Source: the human T2T-CHM13v2.0 reference genome, Homo sapiens. From it: 64,000 nucleotides of DNA. The notes beneath the pieces were generated by a model. It saw only the letters and a list, made by a program, of their open reading frames with translations. It was not told the origin of the DNA and made no database searches. The stretch's first letter is position 1. Each line of letters opens with the position of its first letter. Position numbers and translations under genes: made by a program. The stretch is from the NCBI RefSeq assembly GCF_009914755.1, contig NC_060927.1; one strand, given 5' to 3'. Shown piece by piece: positions 29,425 through 45,480 of this stretch.

Positions 29425-30169
29425 GAAGAGTTAAAAGATTCCCCCAAATCACACAAGTAATAGGATGTGGAGCCAAGACCACAACAAAAGTATATTCAAC
29501 CCTTATCCAATTCACTCCATTTTTCTATAACATTATGCTGCCCAAGTCAGAGAAGTTAGGATGTGCTGCTGTAGCACTGGAGTCATTCCGTATCACCCTG
29601 CAAAAGCCCCCGCTTCATTCAACTTCTTTTAATTTACAATAATCAGCACAGGATTAACTATCTGTGACAGTCCTATATGGAGGCTCAACTCCCTTCAGCC
29701 AACAGCTGAAAGTTTAGGGTTTTTGTTGCTCATGATACCCGAACTGGACACCTGGCCATCATTTTCAGTAACCTCTCTCACATCTCAACAACCCTTCATG
29801 CGCCTTTATGTTAAACCAAGGTGAATTAGACAGGTGCCTGCATCTCCTCCACCTTTTTATAACTGTATATCGTTGTTGCTTCTCCTGAAATCCCTGTCTG
29901 CTCAGGTCATATCTGCATGCTCAAAATCCATTTAGGTCTAAATTCATTCCTAAAGGCCCAGTGCAGATATAAATCTGTCTCCTCAATTACCATAGCACTA
30001 CCTCTTTGCTTCAAAGGATACGAAACAAAATGTAATTTTCATCATACTTTATTCTTCCTTCCTTTTTCTTTCTTTTTTCCTTTTTTCTCTCTTTCATCTT
30101 TTTCTTCCTGTATACACATGATGCCTACACACGTAGATTCATATACACATGCGCACATACACGTACGTC

Positions 30170-30481
30170 CAGTCAGCCCTCATATTCATGGGTTCTACAT
30201 CCATGGATTCAACCAAATGCAGATCGAAAATATCCAAAAAATAAAATTAAAATGTAATACAATAAGAATAAAATTAAATTTAAAAATAATACAGTATAAC
30301 AATTATCTACATAGCATTTACATTGTATTAGAAATTAAAAGTAACTTAGACATGATTTAAATTATACAGGGAGGATGTGCATAGGTTATATGCAAATACT
30401 ACACCATTTTACATAAAGGACTTGCGCATCCATGGATTTTGGTATCCACAGGATGTCCTCATGGATACTGAGGGATGACTA
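30170..30481. mobile_element. MER2 (TcMar-Tigger MITE)
   Basis: Terminal inverted repeats cagtcagccctc...gagggatgacta. Internal ggaggatgtgcataggttatatgcaaatactacaccatttt. Confidence 0.9.
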
Positions 30482-30773
30482 TATATACATATATGCACAC
30501 ACATTCACATCCACCTAATTCCAAAAGAAGAAACCGACATCTGAGAGAGGAAGCCCCATACCTTACTATCTCTCAAGAGTGTATACTGCAGTATACTTTG
30601 TTCCAAGAAGGTGTACAATAAATCACTAATAAATGAATAAATTACTTTATATATTTAAATGACTTTATAGAAACTTAAATTACTTAAAATTAATTAGCTA
30701 AATTAATTAATTTATATATTTAAGAAGAAAATAACTGTGAGTGTTTAAAAAGAATAACTGATTTTAGGTATAA

Positions 30774-31093
<320 letters not shown>

Positions 31094-32179
31094 GAGAATA
31101 ATTTTTAAAATACTATGATCTATTACTATAATCACATAATAATTGTAAGACATTCTTACAGTTTTAAAAGATAGAGCTATAACATGATTTAGAATCACTT
31201 GTCCCCCGTGTTAGTGTTTAGAATGTTTTAATTTTTTTCAAGTACCTCTTTACTCATAACTCTTCTTGCTTTAGGCCAACCTGATTGTGTTTTAAAAATC
31301 ACTGAAATCCCTACATATACACATGTACATTTTGATGCTAGAATTGATACATATATATGGTATTGCATATATCACAGAGAATTACTGTTTAACTTAAGTA
31401 CAACCTGGTAAAGCTTTGTTGATTTTGCTACGTCACTTTACAATACTTAATAACTTGTCATTAAACCCTGTACTATACCAGCACCTAAAAGTGCTTGACC
31501 GTAGTAAGTTTTTATAATGCTTATGACTTGGCCTGACACCGTGTATACATTAATCCAGAAACCAGAGAAAACAATCAGTTATTTGATATCACTTCAACCA
31601 ATAGATGGTTTAAAATCTTGCTGTACATTTTTTTCTTTCTGTTCTTTTTTTACGTGTGGGGAGGGAGTTTATTGGAAGTAGAGGTCCATCCTTTTAGTAT
31701 ATGTTAGTGCTATAGAGGTGGTTTCTCTTCTGAAGTTCTATGGAGAAGTCTGGATAAGATGTAGAACTGATTCTCTTTTAATTGATGGAATCATATAATC
31801 TCATGATCAGACCTTAAAGATCGTTTGGTCATCAAGTCTTAATTGATGATGTCTGTATCAAAGTACACAATATATGTTGTCTCAAGCACCTCAAAGATAG
31901 AAATCAGGTGTCTCTCTCTTCACAAATACAACCAATTGACACTAGCTACCCGAAACACTGCACTGAGGAAGATTCTGAGACTGAGACAGGGAGCTGGAGG
32001 ATAAATGGCATATGTGTTCTTCCAATAAATATTTATAGAATAGAAATCCTTGATGTACTGAGACCTTTCTGCTCAAATACAATCATGTAATGTATAGAAA
32101 CTCACCTTATATGTTATATAACTAGGAAGACACTAGATCACCCTAGATTGTCAGTTCTGAATATTTGGATACTTTGATC

Positions 32180-32365
32180 CATAGCTACCCTGTTCTATGT
32201 GGTAGCCACTAGTCAAATGTTTGAAATTAAATAAAAGTTGAAATTTATTTCCTTGGTTTTATTTCAAGTTCCACATTTTGAGGGTTCAAATGCCACATGT
32301 GGCCACTATATTAGACAGCCCAGACAGAGGACATTTCCATCGCTGCAGAAAGTTCTCTGAACAAA
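32180..32365. mobile_element. MER3-like hAT-Charlie element
   Basis: tggtagccactagtcaaatg...gccacatgtggc...acatttccatcgctgcagaaagttct. Confidence 0.75.
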
Positions 32366-33354
32366 TTTCAACAACCACTATAAACTACCACCATTTCATC
32401 ATGTTGAAATCTGCACAAGTCAATTCTTAACAAATAGTTTCATAAATCTCTTCCAAGGTGTCATGCTACATCTTTACTTCTTTTCTCCTTCATGAGTCAA
32501 GGATATGACAGTGTCTAGTCCCCTGAAAATGGGTGTGGGTACATGTGTATGTATCAGAATTGGTGCAGAGTTTGAGGAAGAGTCATAGCTATTGGCTACT
32601 CTGCCTGCTGAATCCTTCTGTGCCATGAGGTAACCTAGCCATACTGGTCAGCAGAGGTGACTTCAGGGGACTTCTCCCTGATGACTCAGGCACTCAGGAG
32701 AGCAACAGCGATGTTATCAGAGAGGACAATTCCAAAATGCTATATGTGTATCATACTAAATTAAAAGCAGAAATGGAAACAAGGATACAGTCAGTGTGGC
32801 CAGGGTACTAAGAAAGGCCATGAGAGGAGAAGGGCAATGGCAATGAAGAGAGTGTTAACTACTGATTAGGGAGGTGGGAGAAGGGAGGTGATAGGAAGCC
32901 AAAGAGCTATGGGCCTGCACAGAATTACCTGACAATCCACCTTAGCCTGATTATCATAGGCTGTCAGCTCAGCCAAGTGAGGGATGACTGAGAACACAGC
33001 TGATAAATAGATGTTTCCTTTATTCTTCCTTTTATAGCGTCTCTCCCTCGCTCCTATTTCTTTGGATAAGGCAATGGAAATCTTGCGGAATGCTGACAAT
33101 GCTTTTGGCTGGTTTTATAATGACACTTCAGTGATGCCAAGCTTCTATGGCCCTCTTCTCAGGACGCCCAGAATAGCCATGTTCTGCACCTCTCCTCTGG
33201 CCACCGACGTGCAGGCCGCCTGGCATTTCTTTCAGTGCTTTCACTCATATTTCCTTTCAGCTTAAATTATGACCATAAGCTCTAGGAGGACAAAATTTGT
33301 ATCATATTTGTGGCCCCTGACAGTTATTAGCATGGTGCCCCAAACATCTATAGG

Positions 33355-33500
33355 CAATATGGCATTGACATTGCATTCAGGCACTAAAGTACATTTGCCT
33401 GGGTTCAAATTTCACCTCTGCCACTTACCAAATGTGCCTTTCAGAAGGTAGACCTCTCTGCATTCAGCTTCATTTTCCTTCTCTGTTAAATGGACCATAG
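33355..33500 (+). mobile_element. MIR
   Basis: tgcctgggttcaaatttcacctctgccacttaccaaatgtg...cctctctgcattcagcttc. Confidence 0.7.
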
Positions 33501-34894
33501 GCTCTGTGCTAAGAGCTGTATTTTTAGGAAGTCTTGTCAAAGTTTGTGGTGTTTAGCTTCTTTTGAGAGTAAAGATTATAGGACGCCAGAACTGGAAGGG
33601 ATCTTTTGAGTCACAGAATAGAATTCTTTTCCTAAGTAATAAAAATCTTCAGATAAAAGTGTAAAAGGAAACAATATATATAAGAAAAAATAATAAATGA
33701 GGGTTCTTGGGCATATAAGTCTTTAATATTTGTTGGAAAGTACTTAACTGTTGGTAGAAATTTTGAAGCATCTGTTCTAAGCCTTAAATTCCAAAAAGCA
33801 CAATTTGAAAATCAAGTATAATCGTCCAATTTAGCAAGAAACCTGAAATGCAGAAAGAAAAGAAACTTGCTAAGAAGGGGAAAAGCTGAGTCTCTAAAGA
33901 GGTGGCTTGCCTCCAGGCCAGTGTTCTTTCTATTCATATTATAACATGCTGGCTGGCTTTCACATTATTGCAAGTGAGCCTTAAATGGCATGACATCTAA
34001 AAATGGTAAGCCTTGCCAAAGCTATGTGTGTGTGTGTTTGTGTGTGTCTATATATGTGTGTGTATATATGTACATATATAAATAATAGCAGAGTAACTTA
34101 GGGCCTGTCTCAAGTGACTCTTATCTAAACTATAATGCTGACCAACATAAAAGGTCAATTACAACTATTAGTGAATTATTGAATACAACTTATTGTTCTT
34201 CCTTCCATTAGACATAGCCTTAGTGACAAAAAAATTATAAACAAGGATTAAGTTACTAAATCACTTGGTCTTAGTTGGAAAAAGATTCTTTCTTTTGATT
34301 CTTTTTATAGCAATGATGATGTTACTTAAATACTACTCAATTGTGTAAAGCTTTAAGAGAAGGAGGCAGTATCTGTGTACCTAATGACTCTGCGGGGAAG
34401 AGGGAAAGATTTCATTAAAATGTTACCTGTAGCTTCATGCACTCTGCAAACAAAGTCAAATGCCAGCTTGTTTCAAAATTACTGCCATTATATCCTAACA
34501 GTAAAGCACTCACTGGCAAATACTAGAGGAAATAATAAACAATGATAGCTCTTAGCAATTGAATAATACATTTTATCCACGGATTTGAAAGTTCTTTAGA
34601 AGCATTAACTAATTAAGTTTCACCACATGCCCACAAGGTAGGTATTAGTTCTCTGTTTTATAGATGTGCTCATTTAGCATGAGTTACAGCCCACATTTGT
34701 GGGAGTATTGGATGGGAAAAATCCCACGGATCAGATTCACTAGGCTGTGCAGTAATAACATGGCAGTGTCCCAAATGATTCCCAGGAGGCATTGAAGAAT
34801 TAATGCACATCCAAAACACCTAATTTAATAGAAACTTCCGAACCAAGGCAAACTGAACCCTAAAAGATGTAGAAATTCACTTCTGGCTTTCCCT

Positions 34895-36325
34895 GCATTT
34901 AATGCTTTTGCACTACAAAGGAAACAATCAGCAAAATAAAATGGAAACCTATGAATTGGGAAAAAAATATTTGCAAACCATACATCTGATAAGGGATCAG
35001 TATCCAAGATTTATAAAGAACTCATACCATTCAATAGTAGAAAAACAAATAACCTGATTTTAAAACGGGCAGAGGACTTGAATAGACATTTCTCCAAAGA
35101 AGACAGAAAAATGACCAATAGGTATATAAAAAGGTGCTCAGCGTCATTAATAATCCGGGAAATGTAACTCAAAACCACAATGAGATATCACCTCACACCT
35201 ATGAGGATGGCTATTACCAAAGAGTTAAGAGATAGCAAACGTTGACAAGGATGTGAAGAAAAGAGAAGCCTTTTACACTATTGGTGGAAATGTGGATTAA
35301 CGTAACCATTATCGAAAGCAGTATGGAGATTTCCAAATAAATTCAAAATAGAATTACCACAAGACCCAGCAATCCCTCCTCTGGGCATACGCCCCCAAAA
35401 ATGAACTCACCACCTTGTAAACATATCTGAACTCCACATTCATTGTAACGTTATTCACAATAGCCAAGATATGGAAACAATGTAAGTGTCCATCATCAAC
35501 AAATAGATAAGGAAACGGTGGTATACACAGTCTGCCCTCCATGAGTTCCACATCTGTGGATTCAACTAACCACAGATGGGAAACATTTGAGACAAAAACT
35601 GCATCTGTACTGAACATGTACAGGCTTTTTTCTCATCATTATTCCCTATATAATGCAGAAAAACAACTTTTATAAAATTTACATTGTATTAGATATTACA
35701 AGTAATGTAGATCTTATGTCAGAGAATTGAACATCTGTGGATTTGGTATTCTTGGGAGGTCCTGAAACCAAACCCCTATAGACACTAAGGTAGGACTGTA
35801 TATACAATGAAGTGTTATTCAGCCTTAGAAAAGAAAAAGATCCTGCCATTTGCCACAAAATGGATAAACCTGGAGGCCAGTAAGTGAAATAGGCCAAACA
35901 CAGAAAGAAAAATATTGCCTAATCTCACTTATATGTAGAATTAAAAAAAAAAAGTGAAATATACAGAGATGAGAATAAAACAGAGGTTACCAGGGGCACG
36001 GGATGGGAATGGGGGAAGGAAATGGGGGATGTAGGTCATAGGTTGTGAGGTAGCAGATCTGGAGGATGTGGTACAACATGAGGACTACAGCTAATAAATG
36101 TGTGCTGTATTTGCTGAATGGGCAGATTTTAGCTGCTCTTGACATTAACAAACAAAAAACCATGGGCAACGATGTGCAATGATGGATATGTAAATCTGAT
36201 TTGCTCTAGGAACCATGTTACTATCTATATGTATCCATAACATCATGTTGTATATATCAAATATGGACAATAAATTATATTTTAAATTTAAAGAAATAAA
36301 AATAAAAGAGTGAAATAAAATAAAA
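34895..36325 (+). mobile_element. L1MA/L1MB-type ORF2 end and 3' UTR, interrupted by MER2
   Basis: atttgcaaaccatacatctgataaggg, gacttgaatagacatttctccaaagaagac, gacccagcaatccctcctctggg. A-rich tail at about 36290-36328. Confidence 0.9.
35528..35798. mobile_element. MER2, internally deleted, nested in L1
   Basis: cagtctgccctcc...gtggattcaactaacc...gcatctgtactgaacatgtacag...ggactg, with L1 sequence resuming at tatatacaatg. Confidence 0.85.
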
Positions 36326-36724
36326 TAGAAGCCAAAAGCTTGCCGGGAGAATGTTTTTCACAGGCTAATTTTATATATCACATATAAGTAAAGATGAACT
36401 CCAACAGAGGTAGGTTATTCAGAGCCATTAAATCACAAAATATTAGCAAAAGAAAGCTGCTAAGAGGTCATAGAATGGTACCTCCGTTATTTTATAGGAG
36501 GAAAAGTGAGGTTCAGAGGATAACATGGCCTGCCAGTGTCCACACAGTCAGCCCAATCTTACATAAAATGTGTTAAAAACTTGAGTAAATAAATAAAAAT
36601 TTTGGTTGGTAAAAGTTCATTTTTCTATATACAATTTGCTCTAAATTAGTGTTTGGCAAATTGTGACCCATGGGCCAATTTTGGACTGTAGCCCATTTTT
36701 GTATAGGCTGAGAGTTAAAACCCC

Positions 36725-37639
<915 letters not shown>

Positions 37640-40600
37640 GGCCTTTCACATTTTTATATGGTTGAAAAGAAAACGTTTTTGATTAATGAAAATTATATAA
37701 AATTCAAATTTCCATGCTCCTAAATAAAAAGTGTTATTGAAACACAGCTATGACCATTTGTTTGCTGACTGTCTACAGCAGCCTTCATGCTACAATGACA
37801 GTGAGTAGTGGCAACAGAGACCACAGCATTCAAAAGCCTGAAATATTTCTATCTGATTCTTCACAGAAAACATTTGCTCACCCCTTCTCTAAATGACGTC
37901 TGTGAAGAGATGTTTAATATGTTGATGTGTGTCTGCAAACAGCGTATCTTTTGTTTATAAATTAGACATACCCAGAACTTGATTTATATCCTTCTGTGTT
38001 TTGGTTATACATCCATGGGCTTATCAAACTGTTTCATCAAGGATACCAAATGTCTGAGAATTTTTCCTAATTTCTCAATAGTCGACACCTCCTTTTCAAA
38101 CCATATTTACGTCAGTCTTTACTGTCTGTCTCAAACACTTTCACATCCATTATTCCATTAATCTCTCACATGAGGAGCCCATGGAAATAATTACTATTGC
38201 TGCATTACAGAGAGGGAAACCAGGCTCCGAGAATTCGAAACACTTTCCTAAGAGCACTGTTCAGTCAGCAAGAGATTCCTGCCCTGACCCCAGAACCCAA
38301 GTGCTCCTAAGAGAACAGCACTCCACTTGAAAGATACAAGATAATCACAGCTGAGATTAGAGAAGCCAAAACATAATAAAGGATAATATTATAAAAACAA
38401 TGACAGTCCTTTCCTGTGCATGGTTATCTCTGGAAACATAATCAGGAATAACTTTTGTCTCTGGCCAAAGAAGAAGTTAGGAAAGACTTACTATTCTTTT
38501 GTTTAAAATTTATACCATGCACATATATTACTTATTCAACAAATAAGGTTTTCAAAAGTTGCCAAACTAAGATGATCAAGTGAAAGCAACTCCCACCAGT
38601 AAGAATTGCCTCTCTCTCAGGAAAGATTTCACATAGCTCCAATGGTTCTCAAGGAAAAGAGAATTTCCAATTAAATGTTAATCGGAGGTCAGCATAGCCC
38701 TTGCCATGAAATCCGTTTTGATGGGCCATTTACTTGTAGCCCAAAGAAAATGATGAAGCACATCACTGCTCTTTGACGCCGTGCCAGCTCTGGCAGGAAC
38801 CTGATGAGGAGCTTCATGGGGAGTCCTGCCCAATCCATCTGGAGTCCTACTCTTTATTTCTTTCCTTTGATTCCTTTTTACTACTAAATGCTCTGACTTA
38901 CAGTAAGATCACCTATCAATTACGTTTTCTTACCAGCAGCAAATTACCTGGCTGTATATTCACAATCATTAAGTGTTTCTTCATGGAATGATATTGCACA
39001 AGAGAGTTTTCTGCACATAGCTGGCAGACATGATTTTTTAAAAATAATTCAGACTTGGAGTTAAAATATCAGAGAAATTCTTTACTATTCTAAGCTTCTG
39101 AAAACAGTGGTGGATCATTTAGAATGGATGGATGGATAGATAGATAAATTTAGAATATATATCCATTTATCTATCTCTAGCTAGCTAGTTAGAATATCAC
39201 TAATTGATCCTGACATGGAGAATTACAAAATTTTTAAAAAATTATGATTGGATGAACTATTACAGATCATCTAGTCCAACTGTCTTAATCAGTGAGGAAA
39301 CTACCACCAAAGGGGATTTTGTCCAATGTGAATCTTGAAAGTAAAGATTACATACACAGTGAATGTATCTGCAATCTGGCCCCAATCTACCATTTTAATC
39401 TTACCACCATGAGCTCTCTCCTTCATGCAAATTATACTTTCTGTCCCTCATTCTACTCCCAAACCAGCCATGTTGTATTACACTATTTTTCCTTGTTCTT
39501 TTAAATAATATGAATGTCCTTTCCTTTTAATTTTCATATTCTGATCCTGTCCACTCTTCAAGGCTCTGCTTCCTTGAATTCTTAATGAACTTTATTAGTG
39601 TCCATTTCCAGTGGCACTTATTTTTATACATTCATCATTCTGGTTTTTACTGTTTTATATCAGTATATAAATTATAAATAGTATATACATTTTTTAAACC
39701 ACAGAAAAGACTATCAAATAAGGGAAACTTCTTGGCATCTGAATTTTGGTGAAACAATACAAATGAAAAAACAGTTGAACTCATATACTGTGGTAAATCA
39801 CCTCAGTGAGTTCTCACAAAATAAATGGGTCTTGATTTATCGGAAGTTTTCTTGTTCTGAAATCACTGACACCCCACTTGAAGAGTAAACCAAGTGACTT
39901 CAGAACTTACAAAGCTAAAAAACCTAAAGGACCTTCTAGGCTGAACTTCCAGCCTTACACATAAAATATGAAGGTCTAAAAAAGATAAAGCGACTTACGC
40001 AGCATTAAGACTCGGGTCTTCTGGCTCTTTGTGCCCATACATCCCCGTTTGATCATATTGCTTCCCTAACAATTTTTTTTAGTTGGTGATGTCCACTGCT
40101 AAAATGTAAATACATGTTTTGCTGCTTTGCTATTGTTATCATGTCCATACATTTTTAGAACAAACCATAACTTCATTCAATAACTTAGTCTGAACATACC
40201 TTTGGAGTCCTGGATTCTTGTATGAATTCTTTCAGATTTTCAGATCTGGCCTTCAGCAAGTTGAGGGGAAGCAAAGTCCAAGTCACCCAGCCCTCTCTCC
40301 AGCCACTCTAGGCTAAAACCCCTGTTGTCGTATATTTGTGCACCTGTTTTCTGGATCACCTCATAAGTTTATGTTCACTCCTATTTTATTGCATGATGGT
40401 TTCATCATGATTCACCAACAACAAAGTTAATTTTTGTTGAATCATTGATTCAACAAATGTTACCAAATGTCAGTTGCTGTCTCACACCTAGGACACTGTT
40501 GTTACTTCTATTATTAAAAATAATATGAATAAGAATTATCATTAAGTAAATACTTATTGTACGTCAGGTACTATAATAGGCTCTTTACACACATCTTCTC

Positions 40601-40679
40601 AGTTAGAGTTAAAGGTCTCACCCAAGCTGTGGGACTGCAAGTAAGAATCAGGATTTAAACACAAGTCTGCCATCATCTG

Positions 40680-41698
40680 AAGCCTACGTCAGCAGAGAAG
40701 AGCCTTTGCCCTTCAAGGGCTCATGTCTAGTGTTACAGATCGCTATCATGATGATTAAATTCACAGGGTTCAAGCTATTATTCAGATAAGTACAGGTGTC
40801 GTTGAGCATGGTGGAAGGAAACCTAACTCTTCTAGGGTAGTTAGCCAAATCTTTGAGAAATATATGACATTTGGGCAGAATCTTAAAAAAATGACTATAA
40901 GTTTGTTAAGTAGATGGGAGAAAGAGGGCTTTGTGGGTGAAGGAAACCTTATGGGAAAAGGCACACAGTTTTTAAAAAGTAGCATATTTCGGGGAATAAA
41001 AGCAGTTTGGCATGACTGGAACATGGCTCCTGCTGAAGCCAAAGAAGCTTGGGGCTTGCAGGCCAAGTAATGAAGTTGGGATCTCACCTGTAAGAAATAA
41101 TCCCCAAAGGCTTCGTAACAAAGCAGTTGACATGGTCAACTATTAGATTTAGAAAGCTCACAGCGGTGTGAGGTATGAATTAAATAAGACTTGGGTGGGG
41201 TGAGGCAAGTTAGGAGGATATCATAACAGCACAACAGAGAGAAAAGAAGTAATTAAGATAGTGATGGTGGAAATAAAAACATATTAAATAAATGTTTAGG
41301 ACACTTAATCAACTGGACCTTATGACCAGTTCCATATTAATAGCTGAAGAAAGAAAAGAATTTAAGATGATGCTCAGATTTCTGGCTTAGGTAGTAAGAA
41401 GAATTTTTATTCCACTAAAGAGGGCAGGTAGAAGCAAAGTTGGTGAAGAAAGATAATGAGTCCAGTTTCAGAACTGCTGACTTCGGTGTACATGTGGAAC
41501 ATTCACATAGAGATGTCAAGATGACAGCCCATACCAGAATGGAGCATCAGATATGTCTAGGGGAGAGATTCCAAGTAGGCAGTCATCAGAGTACAGGTGG
41601 TAATTAAAGTCAAATGTTTGTTCTACAAATATTTACTGAATGCCTATTCTGTGCCAGAAACTGTTTTAGATGCTGAGGATACAGCAGTTGACAAAACA

Positions 41699-41733
<35 letters not shown>

Positions 41734-42240
41734 AGCTTTCTTGGAACCAACATTCTAGTGAAGGTTACACTTTAGAGCATACAAGCAAATCCACGATAAC
41801 AAATTTACGTTAAGTTCCAGAAAGGAAAGGCGTAGAGTGCTATTAAAAAGGAATAGCAGGGGCCATGTAATCTAGACTGAGTTGGGGAGTAGGAGATGGT
41901 CAGAGCCTCTCTGAAATATGGGCATTTAAACTGAAACGAAAGCCTGATAAAGGGTTAGCTAAGAAAAATCACCCCAAGTGGGAACAGCATATGTGAAGAC
42001 CCCAAAACGAGAAACAGTTTTGTATTCAAGATACTGAAAAGGTCAGTGTGGTTGGGACATCTCACATGTACCCAGGATGAGAGGTAGAAAGGGGTTAGTT
42101 CAAAGAGATCTACTTATGCAGAGAAAATGTATAACTTGAGACACAATATCAATCAATCAATCAATCAATCATCAGAGTGTGGAATGCAGGAAGTCAACGT
42201 TTAATAAAAGAGGCAGGGGAAGTAAAGCCTACAAAAGAAA
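40680..42240 (-). mobile_element. L2 fragments (probably nested)
   Basis: tttgcccttcaagggctcatgtctagt; aagatgatgctcagatttctggctt; caaatatttactgaatgcctattctgtgccagaaactgttttagatgctgaggatacagcag. Confidence 0.75.
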
Positions 42241-42404
42241 CCTAGATTTTGACCATTTCCAGCACAGTATGGTATCTACTAATGAGCCCCTTTCTCCCAA
42301 TTAATATAAATATATGAGTCATTATATATGGCTAATTTGTCCACCAGAAATGTTCTCTTCTGGGGAGTAGGAAGAGGAATCCACAAAACACTTTGATGAA
42401 ACTA

Positions 42405-42825
42405 AAGAACTCATGGAATGAATAAACAAAATGTGAAATAGCCATATAAGAGAATACTGTTTAGGTATGCAAAAGAATGAAATACTGATATGTACTGCAA
42501 GAATGACCCTTGAAAGCACCACGTTCAGTTAAAGCAGCTAGATTCAAAAGGCCACATATTGTATGATTCCAATAATATGAAATGTTCATAGTAGGCAAAT
42601 CGTTAGAGACAAAGTAGATTAATGGCTGCCAGGTGCTAGGGAGAGGGGAAAATGGGGAATGACTGCTGAATGGGTACAGGTTCTCTTTTGCAGTGCTGAA
42701 AGTGTTCTGGAATTTGATAATGGTGGTAGATGCACAACTCTACGAATATACTGAAAACCAGTACGTTGTATGTTTTAAATGGGTAAACTTTACGGTATGT
42801 AAATTATACATCAATAAAGTTTTTT
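42405..42825 (+). mobile_element. L1MB-type 3' end
   Basis: aaaaggccacatattgtatgattcc...ggggaatgactgctgaatgggtacagg...ggtatgtaaattatacatcaataaag. Confidence 0.85.
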
Positions 42826-43606
42826 TTAAATGTCATGGGAGACCTCCTTGCATCCTGTTAGTGTCAATATATGACACACTAACATAGAGATAGATCTAGA
42901 GAGCTTGCTTAGGTAGGATTTTACCAGAATTAATTTTGAAAACCGATATTGTCTTCAACGAGTTGTGGCTAAATGAGTTATGTCTGTATTTAACAATGAC
43001 TTTGGAAATTCAGTTTCATAAGATTAATTTTTTACTTGGAAAGAAACTGAAAACGCTTTCAGTAATCCATCACAAATACATGAAGATGACAAGATCCATG
43101 TGTCTTATGAAACGTTGCCACTTGCTACCTTATAAAAGTACAGTTAGGAAGTCTCCTCCTTCGTGCTGAATGATAAGATTGATCAAAAATGAGGCAGAGT
43201 TATAACACATTGGGGTTTTAATGAGGTTTTGGGTTCTATCTCACATAAAATATTCATCAATGAACTAGAAGGGGTGTTTTGCACTCCATTTATTCTGCCA
43301 GCACTAACCTACAAGTTCATTTCATTAAGAAGATAGAGAGGGGTTAAATTCATCCAACATTCTGAAGACTGCCAAGGTAAGATTTAAAATTTTATTATAT
43401 TTCTAGTTTAAGAAACCTAGTGACTTATCAGGATGCTGAATCCTTATAATGGCAAGTATTCAGGAAGTATTAAAAAAAGTGGACTTATCAATTTTTCAAC
43501 TTTCCCTTGATAGTCAATAATCAAAGAATGAATAATTACCTGGAATTCATATCAACCTGGGGAACATAGCTTAACACATTTATTATGGATGTTTAGAGAA
43601 ATGAAG

Positions 43607-43722
43607 ATACATATATACATATATATGTATATATGTGTATATATACATATATATATACACATATATACATACATGTATATATACACATATATATATACAC
43701 ACACTATATATATACACACACG
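43607..43722. repeat. (TA)n/(TACA)n compound microsatellite
   Basis: About 115 bp of near-continuous alternating TA/CA/TG. Confidence 0.9.
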
Positions 43723-45480
43723 AATATATGATGGAGATTCCATCAAATTAACGAACTCCTTAGAAAATAAGATGTGAATAAATGAATAAATAACCAAGCA
43801 AACTAAATAGGAAAGCTGCTCAAGAATAGCAGATTAAAAATATTTATGAATAAAAACACTTTAGTATTTGATAGGTCCCCACTTACATCTATTATCAAAT
43901 GTGATCCTCATATCTGCTCTATGAAATGAGCAGTGCAGAAAGAATAGCCCCATTTCACAAAGGGTCAAAATGAGGCTTGGAAAAGTAAGGCCACTTTATG
44001 TAGACTCACACTTCTAGGAGGTGGCATATTCAGTTTTATATCAATTCAAATCTTCTGACATCAAGTCCAATACATTCTGACATGACACAATATTCTATCA
44101 TTATTTTTACTATTATTATTGTTATTTTTATTATTGTAGGATAAAAATATACACAAATGTCAGATAGAAAGTAAATAATGGCATAAGATATAACAGAAAT
44201 GGTCTATAACAACTGACTAGTGGTCCAGATAATAATGTATCCTAGAAAAAATAATTGATTTTGTTGGTTTTGTTGATTTTTGTCATTGTTTTTTGTTCAT
44301 TTCACAAAGAAAAGTAAGGCACTGAGATACATCTATATACACAAAATGATTGTCTCCCCCACGATATGGTCAATTCTCAACTATCCATGGACTTACAGGA
44401 ACAAAGACTATTTAGATTTTTTTTTTTTTTAGTCTCTTAGAATTTCAAATTCTCACATCAGTAGATATTTCCCCTTTTAACAAAAGCAAATTGTTTTAAA
44501 AACCCATGAATTTTCTGGCTTTTGTTGGTTTTCATTCTTCTCCAACTAGATAAACATCTCTTAAGCAAATAATCATTGCTTCAATAGAGATTATTTTATT
44601 CATGATTATGCTTTGTGCTCCAAAATTTACGCAAAATATGAAGGATGAGAAATGGCATTAGAAGGGAGCAACAGAAAAATAGAAGGAAAAAAGACTTTTT
44701 AAACAATGCTTGCAGAAAGCAGAATAAATTTTCTGTGAGGTAAGGCTTTCCATTGAGTAACAACTAAATATAAACTGAAATTGAAGTATGGGGCCAGAAG
44801 CCAGTTAGGGAGTTCACCAAACTTGGAGCTGATTAATCTCCAATATGGATTCTCAAATAAATCAAGGAACTCATTCTTGGAATGATTTCAAGTCATCCTT
44901 CTCTTTGGAGGGTAGAGTAAATGTTATTGAGTATGGAGGAAGGGAAGTTGCAATCTTAAGGGGTCACTCTATCATGTTAAAAATCAGCACAAGCAGGGTG
45001 TCAAAAGTTGAAGGCTTTTGAGTCACCCTATCCAATTGCAGTTGTCTTAGCTCTCAAATCAATACGCCTATAAGTAGCCATGATATGATTTAACTGATAG
45101 TGTCCCAGACAGTGAAAAATTCATTACTGTGACCTGTGAAGTGATTTCACCTATCCCTTATCCAACAGTAGAGGATTGATCGCCACAGCCAAAACCTCAG
45201 CCACTGCATACGATAGTAAGCACTTATAGTAAGTAGAGTGACCCCAATGGTAATGTCTATTCAATGGGCGGAAAGAGCTAGGCCCTCCCAAAGTGCAGTA
45301 AATCTCATTATTCATTGACTTCTCCTTAAGCGTTCTGCTGCTTAACTAATGACCGTTTTAATTCTTAATTCATAGGGTGCCTTGACAATGTAGTTTTATT
45401 CTTATTATTATAACTTTGAGTTGTAATAAATATATCGAGTTTTCTGTGTTACTAAAATTACACTGAAATATCATTTTAAC

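Noticed and set aside
29917-30360. 147-aa ORF
   Set aside because: It crosses a T-rich low-complexity tract and MER2, and its composition is not protein-like.
41702-41729. Long poly(A) runs (also near 14187, 17628 and 51975) as retro-insertions
   Set aside because: I could find no flanking TSD or element body, so I treat them as simple mononucleotide repeats.
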